A DNA stretch of 4,253 nt, from IMG/VR virus record IMGVR_UViG_2713896778_000030. One strand, written 5' to 3'. The stretch is from a virus. Lineage: Duplodnaviria > Heunggongvirae > Uroviricota > Caudoviricetes. The position numbers were made by a program, and so were the translations under genes. Below, piece by piece: positions 1 through 4,122 of this stretch. The notes below the pieces were generated by a model. The model saw only the letters and a list, made by a program, of their open reading frames with translations, was not told the DNA's origin and did not search any database. Numbering within the stretch: the first letter of the stretch is position 1; each line of letters opens with the position of its first letter.

Positions 1-64
1 GAGACTTTCTGAAGTAAAGGCGCATACCGCTTAGTTACCGCTCTGATAACTCTTACCTGTCCTG

Positions 65-97
65 CAATGGCGCTGATGTCAATATAAAGCGCCATTG
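65..97. other. Perfect 10-bp inverted repeat (stem-loop); possible + strand terminator
   Basis: CAATGGCGCT (65-74) and AGCGCCATTG (88-97) are exact reverse complements with a 13-nt loop. A C/T-rich tract CTGCTTCTTTGCC follows on the + strand. All three + frames have stops within the first 35 nt, so an upstream + strand gene could end just before it. Confidence 0.35.
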
Positions 98-335
98 CTG
101 CTTCTTTGCCGATCCCGGGATGCCTTCCATTCTGATGTTTGACTTCGCCCACTGAGAAACCCTCTGTTTCCCCTTAACGCCGGGGTAGCGGAACAAAAAC
201 CTGCTGCATAGTTATTAAAGTTGAACCCTGCCGTCATGTTCATACGCCTCGGGCTGGCTACTTAACCCCTGACCACTGCCGGGTAACTCGAAGTATTTCC
301 CTGCGTTCTGTGGGGCGGGGTGGGTTGGTATTTTT

Positions 336-363
336 AGTTTAATAAACATTAAACTTAAGTCAA
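336..363 (-). promoter_or_regulatory. Leftward PL-like promoter (-35 TTGACT, 16-nt spacer, -10 TAAACT on the minus strand)
   Basis: The reverse complement of 358-363 (agtcaa) is TTGACT and of 336-341 (agttta) is TAAACT. These are the same two hexamers as the rightward promoter at 1351-1380. An operator-like palindrome covers the spacer and -10. Confidence 0.4.
337..354. promoter_or_regulatory. Operator candidate OL: 18-bp palindrome GTTTAAT-AAAC-ATTAAAC
   Basis: The 7-bp arms GTTTAAT and ATTAAAC are exact reverse complements around a 4-bp spacer AAAC. It has the same architecture and spacer as the site at 1362-1379. Confidence 0.5.
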
Positions 364-376
364 GTAAAAACTAAAC
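359..376. promoter_or_regulatory. Degenerate second operator-like site ending in ACTAAAC
   Basis: gtcaagt-aaaa-ACTAAAC: the right arm is the conserved heptamer and the left arm matches the consensus at about 5 of 7 positions. The following CTAAACCG-N-GG (371-381) recurs at 1393-1403. Confidence 0.3.
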
Positions 377-386
377 CGCGGGACAT

Positions 387-419
387 AACAAACACAACGC
401 TTTTGATAAAGTCGTTGCG
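387..419 (-). terminator. Weak candidate intrinsic terminator downstream of the toxin gene
   Basis: On the minus strand, cgcaacg (rc of 413-419) pairs with cgttgtg (rc of 393-399), giving 7 bp including one G-U, with a 13-nt loop, followed by TTTGTT (rc of 387-392). The stem is short and the U tract is interrupted. Confidence 0.25.
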
Positions 420-447
420 GTTGTTATGTTTCTATTGGTAGTGAAAG

Positions 448-726
448 TTAGGGAAACTGGCGTCTTGCGTGGATCACGTTTACTACTTCAACGCTTGATG
501 TTGTTACGCGGTATAGAATTATATAGTTAGGGTGGGCTACAATCTCACGCAAGCCAGGTACTCTGTCGCTTGGTGGGTATAAATACGGATGTTCGGATAA
601 CGGCAGCACACAACCCCTTAATCGCTGCCATAAGCGTTCAGCCGCATCTATGTCGAAACGAGCAATATAACTAGTTATATCATCTAGGTCGGTATCTGCG
701 CTTTCAAGCCATAACACGGGTAACAT
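448..726 (-). CDS. parE2: ParE-family type II toxin (RelE/ParE fold), 92 aa
   Basis: Minus-strand ORF with ATG at 726-724 and TAA at 450-448. Protein begins MLPVLWLESADTDLDDITSYIARFD and ends VVNVIHARRQFP; length and N-terminal pattern fit ParE toxins. The start is 1 nt after the antitoxin stop (TAA-a-ATG), with a GGAG Shine-Dalgarno (rc of 739-742) inside the antitoxin 3' end. The symbol is recalled from the three-component paaR-paaA-parE systems of E. coli O157:H7; paralog 1 versus 2 cannot be resolved from memory. Confidence 0.75.
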   Translation of the reverse strand: MLPVLWLESADTDLDDITSYIARFDIDAAERLWQRLRGCVLPLSEHPYLYPPSDRVPGLREIVAHPNYIILYRVTTSSVEVVNVIHARRQFP

Positions 727-727
727 T

Positions 728-919
728 TTACTGCTTGCTCCGTTCCTTGCGCATCTTAGCAAAGCGTTCTGCCATTCTGCGCTCAACTTCGTCATGGGGA
801 ATTGCTGGGCGCGGATCTGCAAGGCTCGTTGCTACTTTCGCACGCAGCCATTCGTTGTAACTGTTTTCTTGTTCAATGGTTTCAAATTCAGAAACCATTG
901 GTGAAAGGGCTCTATTCAT
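728..919 (-). CDS. paaA2: Small antitoxin partner of ParE (PaaA-like), 63 aa
   Basis: Minus-strand ORF with ATG 919-917 preceded by GGAGGA (rc of 923-928) and TAA at 730-728. Protein MNRALSPMVSEFETIEQENSYNEWLRAKVA...KMRKERSKQ is highly charged, as expected for a small disordered antitoxin. It sits immediately upstream of and coupled to the ParE gene. The 63-aa length matches my recollection of PaaA2. Confidence 0.65.
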   Translation of the reverse strand: MNRALSPMVSEFETIEQENSYNEWLRAKVATSLADPRPAIPHDEVERRMAERFAKMRKERSKQ

Positions 920-939
920 GTTTCCTCCGGTTTTATAAC

Positions 940-1311
940 TCAGGCGCGGCGGCATTTTTGCGCCGCAATCCATCTCGCTATGAGATCTTCCATTGATTCT
1001 TTTTTCTGCTTTAACTCGCTGATTATCTGGCGTTGCTCATCCTCAGGGAAGGCTGAAAAAATCTGCAATAATTCCAGTTGATTAGACGTTAACCCTGCAT
1101 GTGGTGGAGAAACCCCCGGTTGTTCTGCGTATTCCGCATCCAGATACCCTTCCGGCATCCCGTATGTTTGCTCTATTCTTCTGGCAGCCTTTTCTCCAAA
1201 CGAGGCTCTCCCACTCATTAGTTGAGATAGGTAGCTCTTCTCTTTGGGTGGCAGAGTTTTATCTTTAAACCACTCCTTGAGACGTAAACGGCGAATTTCT
1301 TTTTTTTGCAT
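940..1311 (-). CDS. paaR2: HTH transcriptional regulator (PaaR-like); putative CI-type prophage repressor, 123 aa
   Basis: Minus-strand ORF with ATG 1311-1309 and TGA 942-940. Protein starts MQKKEIRRLRLKEWFKDK and carries an HTH with recognition-helix-like segment KSYLSQLMSGRASFGEKAARRIEQ. It is first in the operon with the antitoxin and toxin and divergent from a cro-like gene. There is no Shine-Dalgarno; a -10-like hexamer sits 6 nt upstream of the ATG. The upstream in-frame ATG at 1374 would lie inside the divergent promoter region. Confidence 0.65.
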   Translation of the reverse strand: MQKKEIRRLRLKEWFKDKTLPPKEKSYLSQLMSGRASFGEKAARRIEQTYGMPEGYLDAEYAEQPGVSPPHAGLTSNQLELLQIFSAFPEDEQRQIISELKQKKESMEDLIARWIAAQKCRRA

Positions 1312-1317
1312 GTGGTA

Positions 1318-1346
1318 ATTATCTTTAGTAATCACTAAACAAGCAA
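1318..1346 (-). promoter_or_regulatory. Leftward PRM-like promoter for the repressor operon
   Basis: On the minus strand, -35 TTGCTT (rc of 1341-1346), a 17-nt spacer, and -10 GATAAT (rc of 1318-1323). The spacer is exactly the 18-bp operator-like site at 1323-1340. The predicted transcription start falls at or next to the A of the ATG at 1311. Confidence 0.4.
1323..1340. promoter_or_regulatory. Operator candidate (OR, PRM-proximal): cTTTAGT-aatc-ACTAAAC
   Basis: TTTAGT (1324-1329) and ACTAAA (1334-1339) are exact reverse complements around a 4-bp spacer. It shares the heptamer ACTAAAC with the sites at 1373-1379, 1392-1398 and 370-376. Confidence 0.5.
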
Positions 1347-1350
1347 ATAC

Positions 1351-1380
1351 TTGACTCAATGGTTTATTAAACACTAAACT
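1351..1380 (+). promoter_or_regulatory. Rightward PR-like promoter for the cro-like operon
   Basis: -35 TTGACT (1351-1356), an 18-nt spacer, and -10 TAAACT (1375-1380). The hexamers are the same as in the leftward promoter at 336-363. The -10 lies inside the operator-like site at 1362-1379. Confidence 0.45.
1362..1379. promoter_or_regulatory. Operator candidate (OR, PR-proximal): GTTTAtT-aaac-ACTAAAC
   Basis: 7-bp arms with one mismatch around spacer AAAC; same spacer and arm consensus as the site at 337-354. Confidence 0.5.
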
Positions 1381-1387
1381 CGCAAAA

Positions 1388-1398
1388 AAACACTAAAC
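1388..1398. promoter_or_regulatory. Operator half-site aaac-ACTAAAC
   Basis: Third copy of ACTAAAC preceded by the AAAC spacer motif, with no matching left arm. It lies between the PR -10 and the cro-like Shine-Dalgarno. Confidence 0.3.
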
Positions 1399-1408
1399 CG
1401 AGGAAGGT

Positions 1409-1711
1409 ATGACATTAAAAGAGTTTATTAAATCATTAAGGGTTGGTGATGCTAAGAAATTCGCGGCCAGACTTGGTGTATCGCCATCTTACTTATCGCA
1501 AATGGCGTCTGGACGAACAGCTATATCTCCAACCCGCGCCCTTATGATCGAATCTGCGACGGAAGGCCAAGTAAGTAGGGCGGAGCTACGACCTCATGAT
1601 TGGGAGCTTATTTGGCCTGAGTATGCGAGCGGCATTCGTTTGGGGCAAACACATGTAGTTCATGCTGAAGGTGATTGTAGTGCATGCTTATCTGATGGAG
1701 TTGATTCATGA
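1409..1711 (+). CDS. Cro/YdaS-like HTH DNA-binding protein, 100 aa
   Basis: ATG 1409 preceded by AGGAAGG (1401-1407). HTH segment AKKFAARLGVSPSYLSQMASGRTAISPTRALMIESAT resembles the YdaS/Cro family. It is divergent from the repressor gene. The stop TGA 1709-1711 overlaps the next ATG (ATGA). Confidence 0.65.
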   Translation: MTLKEFIKSLRVGDAKKFAARLGVSPSYLSQMASGRTAISPTRALMIESATEGQVSRAELRPHDWELIWPEYASGIRLGQTHVVHAEGDCSACLSDGVDS

Positions 1712-2198
1712 AAATCAAGCATGAACACATCCGCATGGCGATGAATGTCTGGGCGCATCCGGACGGCGAAAAAGTACCGGCTGCGAAAATTACCAAAGCG
1801 TATTTCGAGCNNNNNNNNNNNNNNNNNNNNNNNNNNNNNNNNNNNNNNNNNNNNNNNNNNAAGCGTATTTCGAGCTGGGAATGACGTTCCCGGAACTGTA
1901 TGACGACAGCCATCCGGAAGCCCTGGCCCGTAATACCCAGAAAATTTTCCGTTGGCTGGATAAAGACACCCCTGATGCTGTTGAAAAAATGCAGGCTCTG
2001 TTACCGGCGATCGAAAAGGCGATGCCGCCTTTGCTGGTGGCCCGTATGCGCAGCCACAGTTCTGAATATTACCGTGAGATCGTCGAACGGAGGGAGCGGC
2101 TGGTGAAGGATGTCGATGATTTTGTTGCGTCAGCGGTTGTTTTGTATGACCAGATGAATCGCGGCGGCCCGGCAGGGAATGCTGTGGTGATGCACTAA
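1708..2198 (+). CDS. YdaT-family (CII-like) regulatory protein, interrupted by an N run; about 141 aa once the gap artefact is removed
   Basis: ATG 1708; the N-terminus MKIKHEHIRMAMNVWAHPDGEKVPAAKITKAYFE reads up to the N run. After the N run the sequence (K)AYFELGMTFPELYDDSHPEALARNTQKIFRWLDKD...VVMH continues to TAA 2196-2198 in a frame offset by 2. A 15-mer is duplicated on both sides of the gap. Family assignment is recalled similarity to Rac-prophage YdaT and gene order after the cro-like gene. Confidence 0.6.
1811..1860. other. Assembly or scaffold gap (50 N) with duplicated flanks
   Basis: The 15-mer aagcgtatttcgagc occurs at 1796-1810 and again at 1861-1875. The two flanking reading frames differ by 2, which equals 65 mod 3 (50 N plus one copy of the 15-mer). 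Confidence 0.8.
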
Positions 2199-2220
2199 AA
2201 GCACGGTGTTCGGGGGTTTT

Positions 2221-3183
2221 ATGAGCAGCAAGCTTCATGGTCTTGTCTGGGAAGGGTGCGCCTTCACCGGCATGATCTTATCCAGGGTGGCGGTTATGGC
2301 CCGTCTTGCAGACTACAGCAATGACGAGGGCGTGTCATGGCCTGCCATTGAAACTATCCGGCGTCAGATCGGTGCAAGAAGTGAATCCACAGTGAAATCG
2401 GCTATTGCAGAACTGGCGAAAGAGGGCTGGCTGACGAAGGAAGAGCGTAAGGTCGGTGGGCGTAATGTAAGCAATATCTATCGGCTTAATGTGGAAAAAC
2501 TCGAAGCAGCTGCGGCGGCGGCGCGTGAGTCATATAAACCGAAAAGAAAAATTAGCCCGGCAAAAAATGACCCGTTAACAGTTGACCCGTCAAATATTGA
2601 CCCCTCAACGGTTGACCCGTCAAATTTTGATGGATCAACTGTTGATAAAAAACTGCCGATTAGGGGGGCGATGATTGACCCCGATCCGTCAGTATTAAAA
2701 CCTGATCCGTCAGATAAAAGATCTTCTTGTCCGGACGCTTCGCAACCGGACCCGCAGACGGCTGAACAGGATTTTTTAACCCGACACCCTGACGCGGTTG
2801 TGTTCAGTGCGAAAAAACGCCAGTGGGGAAGTCAGGAAGATTTGGTGTGCGCACAGTGGATCTGGGGACGAATCGTGAGTCTTTACGAGCAGGCGGCCAG
2901 CGATGATGGCGAGATCACTAGACCGAAAGAACCCAACTGGACAGCATGGGCCAATGACGTTCGCACAATGCGGATGCTGGATGGCAGAACTCACAGACAA
3001 ATTTGTGAAATGTTTGGGCGTCTCCAGCGGGATTCGTTCTGGGTAAAAAACATCATGAGTCCGGCAAAACTCCGGGAAAAATGGGATGAACTGGTTATCC
3101 GCCTGGGGCGTTCGCCTGCGCAGCGTTGCGTGAATCACATTTCTGAACCGGACACTGAAATACCGCCGGGCTTCAGGGGGTAA
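2221..3183 (+). CDS. Phage replication initiator (O-like), 320 aa
   Basis: ORF 2206-3183 in the supplied track opens at GTG; the preferred start is ATG 2221, 4 nt after GGGGG. The N-terminal region (LSRVAVMARLADYSNDEGVSWPAIETIRRQIGARSESTVKSAIAELAKEGWL) looks like the winged-helix N-domain of phage replication initiators. A central linker has tandem peptide repeats DPLTVDPSNIDPSTVDPSNFDGSTVD encoded by iteron-like DNA repeats. The C-terminal domain is not recognised specifically. Confidence 0.65.
   Translation: MSSKLHGLVWEGCAFTGMILSRVAVMARLADYSNDEGVSWPAIETIRRQIGARSESTVKSAIAELAKEGWLTKEERKVGGRNVSNIYRLNVEKLEAAAAAARESYKPKRKISPAKNDPLTVDPSNIDPSTVDPSNFDGSTVDKKLPIRGAMIDPDPSVLKPDPSDKRSSCPDASQPDPQTAEQDFLTRHPDAVVFSAKKRQWGSQEDLVCAQWIWGRIVSLYEQAASDDGEITRPKEPNWTAWANDVRTMRMLDGRTHRQICEMFGRLQRDSFWVKNIMSPAKLREKWDELVIRLGRSPAQRCVNHISEPDTEIPPGFRG
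2566..2655. repeat. Candidate replication origin: tandem 15-bp iteron-like repeats inside the initiator gene
   Basis: Head-to-tail 15-bp units: aatgacccgttaaca (2566-2580), gttgacccgtcaaat (2581-2595), attgacccctcaacg (2596-2610), gttgacccgtcaaat (2611-2625, identical to unit 2), tttgatggatcaact (2626-2640), then an A-rich unit gttgataaaaaactg (2641-2655). The core TTGAC-CC-GTCAA has inverted-repeat arms. Related copies (tgaccccgatccgtcag, cctgatccgtcag) lie at 2676-2713. Confidence 0.55.
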
Positions 3184-3224
3184 GTGTTAATTTCTGGTCA
3201 TGAGGTAATTTTCAGGAGGGCTTG

Positions 3225-3274
3225 NNNNNNNNNNNNNNNNNNNNNNNNNNNNNNNNNNNNNNNNNNNNNNNNNN
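3225..3274. other. Gap (50 N) removing the 5' end of the following gene
   Basis: AGGAGG (3214-3219) lies 5 nt before the N run, and an open reading frame resumes at the first base after it (3275). No duplicated flank is visible here. Confidence 0.7.
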
Positions 3275-3553
3275 GAGCTGGTTGCCAGTGGCGATGTATA
3301 CAACTCTGGTTACGGGTTATTCCCGTCTGAACAGGCTCGTAAGGACTGGCAAAATGCCCGCAAAAAACTATCTAGGGCAAAGGTGAAGAAACCATCTGTG
3401 GTTGATCCGGATCTTATCTGGTCATTACCAGACGGAGAAATACGCCGCTACGACAGGCGTCTGAACATAATCTGTAGCGAGTGCCGGAAGAGCGAAGCTA
3501 TGCAGCGTGTACTGGCTTTCTATCAGGGTAATTTTCAGAAGGTGCTGTTGTGA
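3275..3553 (+). CDS. Ren-like protein, 3' fragment (start codon inside the N run)
   Basis: Open frame from 3275 to TGA 3551-3553 encoding ELVASGDVYNSGYGLFPSEQARKDWQNARKKLSRAKVKKPSVVDPDLIWSLPDGEIRRYDRRLNIICSECRKSEAMQRVLAFYQGNFQKVLL. The C-terminal motif N-L-[VI]-x-[KS]-E-C-R-x-S-x-A-M-x-R-V-L-A-x-Y matches my recollection of the lambda Ren C-terminus (NLVFKECRQSAAMKRVLAVY). It sits directly downstream of the replication gene, as ren does in lambda. This rests on memory, not a search. Confidence 0.45.
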   Translation, partial: ELVASGDVYNSGYGLFPSEQARKDWQNARKKLSRAKVKKPSVVDPDLIWSLPDGEIRRYDRRLNIICSECRKSEAMQRVLAFYQGNFQKVLL

Positions 3554-3658
3554 GCCAAATTAACAATCGGAACTTCGTGAAGAGAAAGCATAATCCAAAT
3601 CTGAATAATTAAGTTCAGCACTGTAAATAAAATTTAATCCTTAACTGGAGGTATATTT

Positions 3659-3871
3659 ATGTTAAATACACAGAAAGCCATTAATGCGGAAAAATATAAC
3701 GAGTGGGCAAGAAAATTCTCTGAGCAGATTTTTAAAATTACTGGCGATGAGAATGCGGCAAAAAATGAATTAGAACCGTGGACGCCTGAAGGAGCCGACC
3801 CAAATTATTGCTGGAGGGAGGTTGATCCAGTTGATGCTGCAAATGAAGCTATGAGTTATCACAACGATTAA
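3659..3871 (+). CDS. Small acidic hypothetical protein, 70 aa
   Basis: ATG 3659 preceded by TGGAGG (3646-3651) with a 7-nt spacer; TAA 3869-3871. Protein MLNTQKAINAEKYNEWARKFSEQIFKITGDENAAKNELEPWTPEGADPNYCWREVDPVDAANEAMSYHND has 14 D/E against 7 K/R, with an acidic C-terminal half. The gene is visibly more AT-rich than the replication genes. No family recognised. Confidence 0.5.
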   Translation: MLNTQKAINAEKYNEWARKFSEQIFKITGDENAAKNELEPWTPEGADPNYCWREVDPVDAANEAMSYHND

Positions 3872-3881
3872 TGTCAGGAGG

Positions 3882-3897
3882 CCGCCCGAAAGGGCGG
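3882..3897. other. GC stem-loop CCGCCC-GAAA-GGGCGG
   Basis: Perfect 6-bp G/C stem with a GAAA tetraloop, 11 nt after the stop of the 70-aa gene. There is no U tract on either strand, so it is not a canonical intrinsic terminator; it may be an RNA stability or processing hairpin. Confidence 0.45.
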
Positions 3898-3983
3898 TAA
3901 TGAATGGTCACATTATTTAGAAAAAATATCCGCGAAAGAGTAGAACAACAGAATTTCTGTTTCTCATTCTGTTTATCGTGTTG

Positions 3984-4121
3984 ATGATACCGATATCCCC
4001 GTTAATCCTAGTCTGGATAATCGGAAAAATAATTGAGCCAGTTATTGAATTGTATAACGACGTGGTATGGGCGTCATTCAACACACTGCACAATAAAATT
4101 AATCCGTATAAGGAAAACTGA
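3984..4121 (+). CDS. Small hydrophobic protein, 45 aa as written; probably the distal part of a ~73-aa membrane protein broken at an A6 tract
   Basis: ATG 3984 to TGA 4119-4121 encodes MIPISPLILVWIIGKIIEPVIELYNDVVWASFNTLHNKINPYKEN. The frame is open upstream to 3921 (KKYPRKSRTTEFLFLILFIVL...) without a start codon. An ATG at 3904 in the +1 frame reads MVTLFRK into the A run 3921-3926. The stop overlaps the next gene start (TGA-t-ATG). No Shine-Dalgarno precedes 3984. Confidence 0.3.
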   Translation: MIPISPLILVWIIGKIIEPVIELYNDVVWASFNTLHNKINPYKEN

Positions 4122-4122
4122 T

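Noticed and set aside
82-243. Minus-strand 54-codon ORF (MNMTAGFNFNNYAAGFCSATPALRGNRG...), considered as a possible N-like antiterminator downstream of the leftward promoter
   Set aside because: Below the ORF-track threshold; the GAGG is only 3 nt from the ATG, there is no hydrophobic core or N-terminal arginine-rich motif, and the composition is not protein-like. No support beyond being open.
311-328. G-rich tract GGGGCGGGGTGGGTTGG as a possible G-quadruplex
   Set aside because: Only three G runs of three or more are present (the fourth is GG), and it sits just downstream of the predicted leftward start with no other supporting signal.
727-822. N-terminal extension of the ParE ORF to 822 (124 aa in the supplied track)
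   Set aside because: It would overlap the antitoxin gene by about 95 nt in another frame. The ATG at 726 gives a ParE-typical length, lies 1 nt after the antitoxin stop and has a GGAG Shine-Dalgarno, so the extension is treated as read-through frame.
802-996. Plus-strand 64-aa ORF
   Set aside because: It is wholly antisense to the antitoxin gene and the end of the repressor gene, has no Shine-Dalgarno, and a Cys/Phe/Leu-rich composition typical of an antisense frame.
1312-1374. Upstream in-frame ATG (1374) for the repressor gene, giving 144 aa
   Set aside because: The extra 21 codons would lie over the divergent promoter and operator region, and the added residues (MFNKPLSQVFACLVITKDNYH) do not look like part of an HTH protein. 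ATG 1311 with a leaderless-type arrangement is preferred.
1900-2106. Plus-strand 68-aa ORF in an alternative frame
   Set aside because: It is embedded out of frame within the YdaT-like gene and has an R/C/W-rich composition typical of an off-frame translation.
1608-2238. Two minus-strand ORFs (1608-1913 and 1660-2238) containing runs of X
   Set aside because: Both span the 50-N run and are antisense to the cro-like and YdaT-like genes; they are artefacts of translating through N.
2776-3138. Minus-strand 120-aa ORF
   Set aside because: Antisense to the C-terminal half of the replication initiator gene, with no ribosome-binding site; the initiator frame has the coherent domain structure.
1861-3281. 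Shared heptamer gagctgg immediately after both N runs (1872-1878 and 3275-3281)
   Set aside because: Seven bases is too short to indicate a repeat-driven assembly break or insertion target site. The first gap is already explained by the 15-mer duplication, and the second has no matching upstream copy.
3882-3897. Calling the GC hairpin after the 70-aa gene a rho-independent terminator
   Set aside because: There is no U-rich tract on either strand after the stem, so it is recorded only as a stem-loop with unknown function.
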